Positions 41,816-51,497 of a stretch of 64,000 nucleotides of DNA are shown here, one piece after another. Made by a program: the position numbers and the translations under genes. Source of the DNA: an uncultured Gemmatimonadales bacterium. GTDB lineage: Bacteria > Gemmatimonadota > Gemmatimonadetes > Gemmatimonadales > GWC2-71-9. The notes beneath the pieces were generated by a model. The model was not told where the DNA came from. It did no database searches and saw only the letters and a list, made by a program, of their open reading frames with translations. Every line of letters begins with the position of its first letter. The stretch's first letter is position 1. The stretch is from NCBI GenBank assembly GCA_963828735.1, contig CAWHFW010000005.1, positions 800,001 through 864,000 of the forward strand. The letters run 5' to 3'.

Positions 41816-42556
41816 CTACACGTACCGCGCGAGCGCGCGGTGCCGGCTGACCAGCTCCGGATCCTTGAAGACCGAGATGAGCAGCGCGCCGGCGACGAAT
41901 CCGCCCACATGCGCCCAGAAGGCGACCCCCACCCCGCCCTCTCCGCGCGCGGCGCTGCCCCCGAGCAACTGGAGGAGGAACCAGTAGCCAAGCATCAGGT
42001 AGGCCGGAACCACGATGCGGGTGACGAAGATGAACAGGAACACCAGCATGTGCACCCGCACGCGCGGATACAGGATGACGTAGGCGCCCATCACGCCGCT
42101 GATCGCCCCCGAGGCGCCGACCATCGGGATGACGCTGTCGGGGCTCACGAAGGTCTGCGCGGCGGCCGCGGCGAGGCCGCACAGCAGATAGAACGCGAGG
42201 TACCGGACGTGGCCCATCGAATCCTCGACATTGTTCCCGAAGACCCAGAGGAACCACATGTTGCCGATCAGGTGCAGCCAGCCGCCGTGGAGAAACATGG
42301 AGGTGAGCGGCGTGTACCAGTGCCGCTGGACTCCGAGCACGCACACCTCGCCGGGACTCAGCGGGATCGACGTGCCCGCGACGACGCGCCCGAGGAACTC
42401 CCCGGGAATGAGCCCGAGCTCGCAGACCGACCGGGCCAGCGCCGGATCCTGCCCCATGCCCTGAATCAGGATCCACACCGCGGCGTTCGCGGCGATGATG
42501 AGCAGGGTGACCACCGGCTGGCCGAGGGTCGGATTGTCGTCACGGTAGGGGAACAT
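41816..42556 (-). CDS. Rhomboid family intramembrane serine protease
   Basis: SMFLHGGWLHLIGNM, GASGAISG and AHVGGF motifs. Confidence 0.93.
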   Translation of the reverse strand: MFPYRDDNPTLGQPVVTLLIIAANAAVWILIQGMGQDPALARSVCELGLIPGEFLGRVVAGTSIPLSPGEVCVLGVQRHWYTPLTSMFLHGGWLHLIGNMWFLWVFGNNVEDSMGHVRYLAFYLLCGLAAAAAQTFVSPDSVIPMVGASGAISGVMGAYVILYPRVRVHMLVFLFIFVTRIVVPAYLMLGYWFLLQLLGGSAARGEGGVGVAFWAHVGGFVAGALLISVFKDPELVSRHRALARYV

Positions 42557-42649
42557 GGGACAGAATATAGGGGGCGGAAGTCACCGGTCGCTGGACCGTG
42601 ATCTCCGCCCCCTGGTCGCCATCTGCGGCGCCTGGTCAGACACGCATCA

Positions 42650-42799
42650 TCAGAGTGCGCGTCGTCCCTGTAGGAGTTGCATGATGGCGAGGACGACCGC
42701 GACTACCAGCAGGACATGGATGAACCCGCCCAGCGTGTAGGAGGTGACCACCCCCAGCAGCCACAGTACCAGCAGGATCACGAAGATCGTCCACAGCAT
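42650..42799 (-). CDS. 49-aa small membrane protein (lmo0937/DUF5670-like)
   Basis: Below the ORF-track cutoff; [58 protein letters not shown]. Confidence 0.85.
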   Translation of the reverse strand: MLWTIFVILLVLWLLGVVTSYTLGGFIHVLLVVAVVLAIMQLLQGRRAL

Positions 42800-42930
42800 G
42801 CTTGCCTCCTCGAGTTCGTACCCCGGCCAACCGGCCCTCCAGCGGACGACACTATCATAGGTCAGTCTGCCGTTCGGCCGTCGTGACCCGTGTCACGGGG
42901 GTAAATGGCAGCCATTTTGGCAGTTTTGGC

Positions 42931-42946
42931 GGGTACGGCACTTGCG
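42931..42946 (+). promoter_or_regulatory. Putative sigma-54 (-24/-12) promoter of dnaK
   Basis: GGTACG-GCAC-TTGC gives exact GG-N10-GC spacing (42932-42945). Confidence 0.55.
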
Positions 42947-42993
42947 CTCGCGGGGGCCATCGCGAAACCGGCAGACCTTCACTCGGAGTCGAC

Positions 42994-44904
42994 ATGGCTT
43001 CCAAGATCATCGGAATTGACCTCGGCACGACCAACTCGGTCGTCGCCGTCATGGAGGGTGGCGATCCGGTCGTCATCCCGAACGCCGAGGGAGGGCGGAC
43101 TACCCCCTCGGTGGTTGCGTTTACCAAGGAGGGGGAGCGGCTGGTGGGCCAGGTGGCCAAGCGCCAGGCCGTGACCAACCCCAAGCGCACCATCTTCTCG
43201 ATCAAGCGGTTCATGGGCCGGCGCCTGAACGAGATCACCGAAGAGATCAAGCGCGTGCCCTACGAGGTGGTGGCGGGACCCAACGGCCTCGCGGCGGTCA
43301 AGATCGACGGCAAGACCTACACGCCGCCCGAGATCTCCGCCATGATCCTGCAGAAGATGAAGCAGACGGCGGAGGACTACCTTGGCCACTCGGTGGACAA
43401 GGCGGTCATCACCGTGCCTGCGTACTTCAACGACGCCCAGCGTCAGGCCACCAAGGACGCCGGCAAGATCGCGGGCCTCGACGTGCAGCGCATCATCAAT
43501 GAGCCCACGGCCGCGGCGTTGGCCTACGGGCTCGACAAGAAGAAGGAAGAGAAGGTCGCCGTATTCGACCTCGGCGGCGGCACGTACGACATCAGCGTGC
43601 TGGAGCTCGCCGAAGGCGTCTTCGAGGTGAAGAGCACCAACGGCGACACCCACCTGGGCGGTGACGACTTCGACCAGCGCCTCATCGACTGGCTCGTGAC
43701 CGAGTTCAAGAAGGACCAGGGCATCGACCTCTCCAAGGATCCGATGGCGCTCCAGCGCCTGAAGGAGGCCGCGGAGAAGGCCAAGATGGAGCTCTCGAGC
43801 ACCACCCAGACCGACATCAATCTGCCGTTCATCACGGCCGACCAGTCGGGGCCGAAGCATCTCAACATTTCGCTCACGCGGGCCAAGTTCGAGCAGCTGG
43901 TGGACGACCTCATCCAGCGCACCCTCCCGCCGATGCAGCAGGCGCTCAAGGACGCGGGGCTCGACCCGAAGTCGATCGACGAGGTCATCCTGGTCGGCGG
44001 TTCGACTCGTATCCCCAAGATCCAGCAGATCGTCAAGGACTTCTTCGGGAAGGAGCCGAACAAGTCGGTCAACCCGGACGAGGTCGTGGCGATCGGCGCG
44101 GCCATCCAGGGCGGCGTGCTGGGCGGTGAGGTCAAGGATGTGCTGCTCCTCGACGTGACCCCGCTCTCGCTCGGCATCGAGACGCTGGGCGGCGTGACCA
44201 CGGTGCTCATCCCGCGGAACACGACGATCCCGACCAAGAAGTCGGAGACGTTCTCCACCGCCGAGGACAACCAGACCACGGTCGAGATCCATGTGCTGCA
44301 AGGCGAGCGACAGATGGCCCAGGACAACCGGACCATCGGCAAGTTCCAGCTCACGGGCATTCCGCCGGCTCCGCGGGGCATGCCGCAGGTCGAGGTGGGC
44401 TTCGACATCGACGCCAACGGCATCCTGCACGTGTCGGCCAAGGACAAGGCCACCAACAAGGAGCAGAAGATCCGGATCGAGGCCTCGAGCGGCCTCAGCG
44501 ACGCTGAGGTCGATCGGATGGTGAAGGCGGCCGAGCAGCACGCGTCGGAAGACAAGGACCGCCGCGAGCAGATCGAGCAGCGGAACCAGCTCGACAGCCT
44601 GATCTACCGGGTCGAGAAGGACAGCAAGGAGTGGGTGGACCGGCTGCCCGCCGATGCGAAGAGCCGGCTGGACTCCGCGCTGGAGGGCGCGAAGCAGGCG
44701 CTGCGGAGTGGCGAGGCGGACGGCATCCGCCGGGCGCTCGATGAACTCAACGCCGCGTATTCGGCGGCGGGGGCGACGCTCTACCAGGGCGCTCAGGCCC
44801 AGGGCGGCGCGGAGCAGCCTGCAGGGGAGTCGGCCGCCGGCCAGGCTCCGGGTCAGGACGACGTGGTCGAGGCCGACTACGAGATCGTGGACGACAAGAA
44901 GTGA
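42994..44904 (+). CDS. dnaK: Molecular chaperone DnaK
   Basis: [25 protein letters not shown] and [10 protein letters not shown] motifs; GGAG RBS before ATG 42994. Confidence 0.98.
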   Translation: MASKIIGIDLGTTNSVVAVMEGGDPVVIPNAEGGRTTPSVVAFTKEGERLVGQVAKRQAVTNPKRTIFSIKRFMGRRLNEITEEIKRVPYEVVAGPNGLAAVKIDGKTYTPPEISAMILQKMKQTAEDYLGHSVDKAVITVPAYFNDAQRQATKDAGKIAGLDVQRIINEPTAAALAYGLDKKKEEKVAVFDLGGGTYDISVLELAEGVFEVKSTNGDTHLGGDDFDQRLIDWLVTEFKKDQGIDLSKDPMALQRLKEAAEKAKMELSSTTQTDINLPFITADQSGPKHLNISLTRAKFEQLVDDLIQRTLPPMQQALKDAGLDPKSIDEVILVGGSTRIPKIQQIVKDFFGKEPNKSVNPDEVVAIGAAIQGGVLGGEVKDVLLLDVTPLSLGIETLGGVTTVLIPRNTTIPTKKSETFSTAEDNQTTVEIHVLQGERQMAQDNRTIGKFQLTGIPPAPRGMPQVEVGFDIDANGILHVSAKDKATNKEQKIRIEASSGLSDAEVDRMVKAAEQHASEDKDRREQIEQRNQLDSLIYRVEKDSKEWVDRLPADAKSRLDSALEGAKQALRSGEADGIRRALDELNAAYSAAGATLYQGAQAQGGAEQPAGESAAGQAPGQDDVVEADYEIVDDKK

Positions 44905-44940
44905 CCCGGCGGGCCGCCCAGGTCCGCAGGGTTGCGCGAA

Positions 44941-44970
44941 GGGGCATGGGCCAAGCCCATGCCCCGTTTG
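44941..44970 (+). terminator. Intrinsic terminator after dnaK
   Basis: GGGGCATGGGC-CAA-GCCCATGCCCC (11-bp stem) followed by GTTTG. Confidence 0.7.
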
Positions 44971-45091
44971 TCTCTAGGTTATCGGGCACACGACGACCGA
45001 AACACCGTCGCGGAATTCTAGGTACTATTAATAGGCCTGCGTCTCCGGGCCTTTTGCCCCAGCTCCCCAACGTTTCCCGAAGGATCGTTCG

Positions 45092-46669
<1,578 letters not shown>

Positions 46670-46699
46670 CCCCGCGGGGCACCGCGGCATAGGAGCACG

Positions 46700-46729
46700 G
46701 AGGGGGCGGGCCAGCTGGGCCGCCCCCTC
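46700..46729. terminator. GC-rich hairpin after the degP-like gene
   Basis: GAGGGGGCGG...CCGCCCCCTC 10-bp stem with a weak U-tract. Confidence 0.5.
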
Positions 46730-46821
46730 TGTCGTCGGGCGTGATTCATCTCTCGTCCCGGCGCCCCGGGAGGTGCTAATTTGTTCGGGCGATAGGTGTC
46801 TGTTCACACGCCGGAGGAGCC

Positions 46822-47091
46822 ATGACGACCAGCCAGGCCACTGACTGGATGAACCACCCCGTGATTCGTTCCCTGATCGACCAGGCCGCCACCCTCGCGC
46901 TCGAGGAGCGGATCACGCTGGTGAAGGGGCTGATTCCCGGGATTGCCGACGCCTTGTCGGAGGAGGAGTACGAGCAGTTCGTCACTTTCATCCGCCTCAA
47001 GGGAGAGCGGTTCCTGGAGGCGAAAGCCCATCCCGGCGAGGGCCGCGCCGAGCGCCACATCCCCGGCGAGCGTGACCTGGAAGGACGCTGA
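46822..47091 (+). CDS. Hypothetical protein (89 aa)
   Basis: GGAGG RBS, typical codon bias, fills an intergenic gap. Confidence 0.75.
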   Translation: MTTSQATDWMNHPVIRSLIDQAATLALEERITLVKGLIPGIADALSEEEYEQFVTFIRLKGERFLEAKAHPGEGRAERHIPGERDLEGR

Positions 47092-47142
47092 AGGTAGTTT
47101 CTGACGCCACGGATCACACATATGTAAGGTCGGGGGAGCGCG

Positions 47143-48804
47143 ATGCGGCGGTGGACGTGCTGGACGCTGATGGCAGGCTTGGCCGTCGTCTTCGGATGCG
47201 GAAGCGCCCGGGACACGGAGGAGCATGCCGCAGCGGGGGGGGCCGTGGCCACCCCTGGCCTGGCCGACAAGGTGGCGCAGTACACGCCCGTTCGGCTCAC
47301 CGCGGACCTCGGCGGATTGACCGAGCGCGAGCGACGGATGATCCCGATCCTCATCGACGCCGCGGCCGCGATGGACACGGTGTTCCGGCTGCAGTACTAC
47401 CCCGCGCTCGACTCGCTGCTCGCCGCCATCGGCGATTCCTCCACCCGCCGATTCGTCGAGATCAACTACGGCCCGTGGGACCAGCTGGCCAGCGACCGCC
47501 CGTTCATTCCCGGGGTCGGTGAGCGGCCGCCAGGTGCGGCGCTGTACCCGGCCGACGCGAGCAAGGACGAGGTCGAGAAGTCGCCCGACCTGCTCGGGCT
47601 CTACACCGTCGTCCGCCGTGACAGCGCGGGGCGGCTCGTCGCGGTTCCCTACCACCAGGCCTTCGAGGCGCCGACCCGGCACGCCGCGGCGCGCCTGCGC
47701 GAGGCCGCAACGCTCGCGGACGACGCCGGTCTTCGCCGGTACCTCGAGCTCCGGGCCACGGCCCTGGAGACCGACGAGTATCAGCCGAGCGATCTTGCCT
47801 GGCTCGACATGAAGAGCAACACGCTCGACATCGTGATCGGGCCGATCGAGACCTACCTCGATCGGCTCACGGGCCACAAGGCGGGGGCGGAAGCATACGT
47901 GCTGCTCAAGGACAAGGCGTGGAGCGCGAAGCTGGCCCGCTACGCGAGCCTCCTTCCCGGGCTCCAGCGCGGCCTCCCGGTGCCCGAGGCGTACAAGCGC
48001 GAGCGCCCGGGCACGAACTCCGACCTCAACGCCTACGACGCACTCTACTACGCGGGTGAGGCCAACGCGGGCTCGAAAACGATCGCGATCAACCTGCCCA
48101 ACGACGAAGAGGTTCAGCTCCGCAAAGGCACCCGCCGGCTTCAGCTCAAGAACGTGATGCGGGCCAAATTCGACAAGATCCTGGTGCCGATCGCCGGCGA
48201 GCTCATCGCCCCGGACCAGCAGAGCCACATCACGTTCGACGCCTTCTTCGCCAACGTCATGTTTCACGAAGTGGCGCACGGTCTGGGCATCAAGCGCACC
48301 GTCGACGGCAAGGGCACCGTCCGGGCGGCCCTCAAGGAGCAGGCGGGCGCGCTCGAGGAGGGAAAGGCCGACATCCTGGGCCTCTACATGGTGACCCGCC
48401 TGCTCGAGCAGCACGAGCTCCGGGGAACCGCGCTCGAGGACCACTACGTCACATTCCTGGCCAGCATCTTCCGCTCGGTTCGCTTCGGCGCCACCGAGGC
48501 GCACGGGCGAGCCAACGCGGCGCAGCTCTCGTACTTCGCCGAGCGCGGCGCGTTCGCCCGGGACAGCGCCACGGGACGCTATCGGGTGGACTTCCCCAGG
48601 ATGCGGCAGGCAGTCGACTCGCTCGGCGGGCTCATCCTCCGGCTGCAGGGTGACGGCGACTACGAGGCCGTGAAGTCGTTCATGACCCAGCGTGGTGCGC
48701 TCAGTCCGACCGTGACCGCGGACCTGTCCCGGCTCGGCAGCAAGCGCATCCCGGTGGATATCGTCTTCGAGCAAGGCGCGGGCATGCTCGGTCTGGTGCG
48801 CTAG
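47143..48804 (+). CDS. Peptidase M49 (dipeptidyl peptidase III-like) lipoprotein
   Basis: IGPIETY, IAINLPND, HEVAH and LEEGKAD motifs; lipobox-like VFGC. Confidence 0.85.
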   Translation: MRRWTCWTLMAGLAVVFGCGSARDTEEHAAAGGAVATPGLADKVAQYTPVRLTADLGGLTERERRMIPILIDAAAAMDTVFRLQYYPALDSLLAAIGDSSTRRFVEINYGPWDQLASDRPFIPGVGERPPGAALYPADASKDEVEKSPDLLGLYTVVRRDSAGRLVAVPYHQAFEAPTRHAAARLREAATLADDAGLRRYLELRATALETDEYQPSDLAWLDMKSNTLDIVIGPIETYLDRLTGHKAGAEAYVLLKDKAWSAKLARYASLLPGLQRGLPVPEAYKRERPGTNSDLNAYDALYYAGEANAGSKTIAINLPNDEEVQLRKGTRRLQLKNVMRAKFDKILVPIAGELIAPDQQSHITFDAFFANVMFHEVAHGLGIKRTVDGKGTVRAALKEQAGALEEGKADILGLYMVTRLLEQHELRGTALEDHYVTFLASIFRSVRFGATEAHGRANAAQLSYFAERGAFARDSATGRYRVDFPRMRQAVDSLGGLILRLQGDGDYEAVKSFMTQRGALSPTVTADLSRLGSKRIPVDIVFEQGAGMLGLVR

Positions 48805-48806
48805 GC

Positions 48807-49649
48807 ATGCGGCGCTGGGAGCCGCCGACCGAACAGGTCATCGAGCGGCCGAAGCCGAAGCGGTGGCCCTTCGTGCTGCTCCTGCTTGCCGTGCTGGGCG
48901 TGGCCGTCGGCGGCCTCTGGATGATCCGGCGGCGTCAGCACGTGGCGCTCAGCGCGGGGGCCCTGCCGACCGCCGCGGATGTCCGCTCCGAGCTCACGAC
49001 CGCGGGCGATTCTCTGGAAGTGGTCGTGAGCTGGCGGATCGAAGCGGACTCGGGCGGGGGGCGCGCGGACTCGATCCGCGTCGAGGTCGGCCTCGGCGAC
49101 GGCCGCGAATCGCAGACCAAGCTCAGCGCGAGCGACCGCCGTACCGACACGCTGCACCTGCCCGAGCCCCAGGTGGGCCAGACAGCCACCGGGTACTCCT
49201 GCGTGGCGACGGTCCAGGCCGCGCGACTCTCGCGTGAGACCTGTACGCCCTGGCAGTACGTGCGTCCGACGGCCGAGCTCCCCAAAGCGCCAACTCCCCC
49301 CGCATCCGACTCGTCCAAGCCCGCGCCTACGCCGCGACGCAAGGCCGCTGCAGGCGCAGCGGCGTCCGTCGAACGCATCGTGATCCAGCCGGACGGCCAG
49401 CAAGTAGATCCCGACATCGGCGGCAAGTGCTCCGCGTGGCAACGCCTGCACCCGGAGCTCAACGTGTGGATCGATGTCAACCGGGAAGCGGTACCGGATT
49501 GCACCGGCCCCAACGGCAGACCGACGGTCGCCAAGTTCTGCGCGTTCGCCGTGCTGAGCGACGGCCGCCGGGTGAAGACCGCGACGTCCTCGAACGACTC
49601 CTACTGCGAGCGCCTGTACCAGGCTTGGGTCCGGGAGCGTCTGACCTGA
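48807..49649 (+). CDS. Hypothetical membrane-anchored protein with Cys-containing extracytoplasmic domains
   Basis: N-terminal TM helix, beta-rich domain, Pro/Ala linker and 6 Cys; starts 2 nt after the upstream stop. Confidence 0.7.
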   Translation: MRRWEPPTEQVIERPKPKRWPFVLLLLAVLGVAVGGLWMIRRRQHVALSAGALPTAADVRSELTTAGDSLEVVVSWRIEADSGGGRADSIRVEVGLGDGRESQTKLSASDRRTDTLHLPEPQVGQTATGYSCVATVQAARLSRETCTPWQYVRPTAELPKAPTPPASDSSKPAPTPRRKAAAGAAASVERIVIQPDGQQVDPDIGGKCSAWQRLHPELNVWIDVNREAVPDCTGPNGRPTVAKFCAFAVLSDGRRVKTATSSNDSYCERLYQAWVRERLT

Positions 49650-49656
49650 ACCGTCG

Positions 49657-49670
49657 GTACGGTACCGTAC
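49657..49670. promoter_or_regulatory. Perfect 14-bp palindrome upstream of the Crp-family gene
   Basis: GTACGGTACCGTAC is its own reverse complement. Confidence 0.45.
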
Positions 49671-49790
49671 TTAACCCGGTTCCCTCTCACGCTTTACCCA
49701 AGCTCACGGTACATTGCGCCGTCGTCGGTCTTTCCGACGATGGAGTCGGAGGCTACGTTCGACGCGATCGCGTCTTACCCGGAGCCGTGA

Positions 49791-50534
49791 ATGGCGCTCG
49801 TCGCCGCAGAGGCCCCTTCGGACCCCGATCCGCCTCAGAGCAGGAATCATCTCCTCGCCCGGCTTCCCGCGAGCGAGTTCCACTCGGTGCAGGCTCACCT
49901 TTCCATCGTCCGGTTGTCGCCGAAAGAGCACCTGGCCGAGCCCGGTGCGCCCATCCCCGCCGTGTATTTCCCGCATGACGCCGTGATCTCGCTCTCTACG
50001 ATCGACGGTAACGGCGGGGCGGTCGAGGTCGGCAGCGTCGGATGCGAGGGGATGGTCGGCTTGCCCGTCTTTCTCGGCACCGACCGCTCGGCCGGGCGCC
50101 TCCTGGCCCAGATCGCCGGCGAGGCGGATCGGATGGACGCCGCCGCGCTCAGGCGCGAGGCCTCGCGTCTGGAAGAATTCCGGCGCCTGCTGCTGCTGTA
50201 TACCCAGGCCTTCATGACCCAGGTCGCCCAGAGCACCGCGTGCAACCGCCTCCATGCGGCGGAGCGGCGTCTGGCGCGCTGGCTCCTGATCTGCCGCGAC
50301 CGCCTCGGACGCGACGACCTCCCGATCACCCACGAGACGATCGCCCACATGCTCGGTGTCCGCCGCGCGACGGTCACCGAAGCGGCGGGCAATCTCCAGC
50401 GGCGCGGGATGATCCGTTACCGGCGCGGGGTCGTCGTGATTCTCCGGCGCGAGCGCCTGGAGGCGGCGGCGTGCGAGTGCTACGGGATCGTGCGTGCGGA
50501 GTTCGATCGACTGCTGGGCGTGAGGGTGGGATGA
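49791..50534 (+). CDS. Crp/Fnr family transcriptional regulator
   Basis: NHLLARLP, VYFP, VGCEGMVG, ACNRLH..ERRLARWLL, THETIAHMLGVRRATVT (HTH) and ACECY motifs. Confidence 0.9.
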   Translation: MALVAAEAPSDPDPPQSRNHLLARLPASEFHSVQAHLSIVRLSPKEHLAEPGAPIPAVYFPHDAVISLSTIDGNGGAVEVGSVGCEGMVGLPVFLGTDRSAGRLLAQIAGEADRMDAAALRREASRLEEFRRLLLLYTQAFMTQVAQSTACNRLHAAERRLARWLLICRDRLGRDDLPITHETIAHMLGVRRATVTEAAGNLQRRGMIRYRRGVVVILRRERLEAAACECYGIVRAEFDRLLGVRVG

Positions 50535-51064
50535 TCGCGGCCACGACGCTCGTCATCGACGATGAACCCATGGTGCGCAACCTGGTGCGGCGCATCCTGG
50601 AGCCGGAGGTGTGCGGCGTGGTGGATGTGGGCGATGGGGAGACCGGGCTCGAGTTAATCCAGCGGCGTCGGGAATCGATCGACGTGGTGCTGACCGACCT
50701 CTCGATGCCGGGCATCGACGGGTTCGACCTGGTGGACGTGCTGACGGAGCACCATCCCGACCTGCCCGTGGCGTGCATGTCCGCGTACGTCAATCAGTAC
50801 AGCGTCGAACGTCGCCTCAGCGTGCCGCTCCTGTCGAAGCCGTTCACCGCGGACGGCCTGCGCGGCCTGATCGTCCCACTGCTCCAGCAGAGCCGCCAGC
50901 TCCGCGGCGGGGCGCACAAGCAACGGGAGCGGGCGGGGGCCACGCGGACGGAGAGCGAAGCGCTGCGAGCCCGGACCCAGATGAACGTCGCGAGGGCGGT
51001 CGATCTCATCGCGATCGCCCGCGCCCTGCATTCCTCCCGCGCGAACCGGCCTCGCCAGGATTAG
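50531..51064 (+). CDS. Response regulator receiver protein with helical C-terminal tail
   Basis: LVIDDE, VLTDLSMPGIDG, MSAY and LSKPF motifs; ATGA overlap with the crp-like gene. Confidence 0.85.
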   Translation: MIAATTLVIDDEPMVRNLVRRILEPEVCGVVDVGDGETGLELIQRRRESIDVVLTDLSMPGIDGFDLVDVLTEHHPDLPVACMSAYVNQYSVERRLSVPLLSKPFTADGLRGLIVPLLQQSRQLRGGAHKQRERAGATRTESEALRARTQMNVARAVDLIAIARALHSSRANRPRQD

Positions 51065-51076
51065 ATTGGACCGGTC

Positions 51077-51158
51077 GCGAGCGTGGCGGAACTGGCAGAC
51101 GCGCAGGACTTAGGATCCTGTCCCGCAAGGGGTGCGGGTTCGACTCCCGCCGTTCGCA
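51077..51158 (+). tRNA. tRNA-Leu (anticodon TAG), CCA not encoded
   Basis: Acceptor GCGAGCG/CGTTCGC, anticodon arm CAGGA-CTTAGGA-TCCTG, long variable arm and T arm GCGGG-TTCGACT-CCCGC. Confidence 0.97.
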
Positions 51159-51169
51159 TTGGATGACTT

Positions 51170-51195
51170 AGGGCCTCTCCACCGAGGGGCCCTTT
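51170..51195 (+). terminator. Terminator downstream of tRNA-Leu
   Basis: AGGGCCTCTC-CACC-GAGGGGCCCT followed by a short T run. Confidence 0.7.
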
Positions 51196-51244
51196 CTCGT
51201 GCTCACCACTTTCGGTTCCACTCTTCGCGCGCCGCGAACTCTGG

Positions 51245-51385
51245 GGTAACCGGGACCGAGCGGTTGCGCTGCTTCGGCGTGAGCTCGCGCGTGAGGCGTT
51301 TGCATACGTGGTGTTGCCCGATCCGGCATTCGGGTCGCTGCGTGGCTATCCGCCGTTCGAGTCGCTCCTGCGACCAAAGGAGTGA
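51245..51385 (+). pseudogene. C-terminal remnant of another kinase-TPR gene
   Basis: GNRDRAVALLRRELAREAFAYVVLPDPAFGSLRGYPPFESLLRPKE* parallels the DPTFAPLRGNPRFEQL tail of the adjacent gene; no start codon or upstream domains. Confidence 0.6.
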
Positions 51386-51497
51386 GATCACCCAGCTTCG
51401 TCCATAGACCTCGCACGGAGGCGAAAGCGTAAATGCCAGTGGCGCAGCCCCGAGCACGCCAGCACATTTCGGGCCTCCCATCCGGCGGATCCACGCG

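Noticed and set aside
40716..42476. 586-aa ORF suggesting a long N-terminal extension on DeoC
   Set aside because: The extension is an off-frame read-through of the rhomboid gene; DeoC homology starts near 41729.
42830..42993. CIRCE element upstream of dnaK
   Set aside because: No TTAGCACTC-N9-GAGTGCTAA match is present.
42979..44555. Long antisense ORFs opposite dnaK (and opposite pst, aldH, degP, M49)
   Set aside because: They are shadow ORFs from codon bias in a high-GC genome, with no recognisable motifs or RBS.
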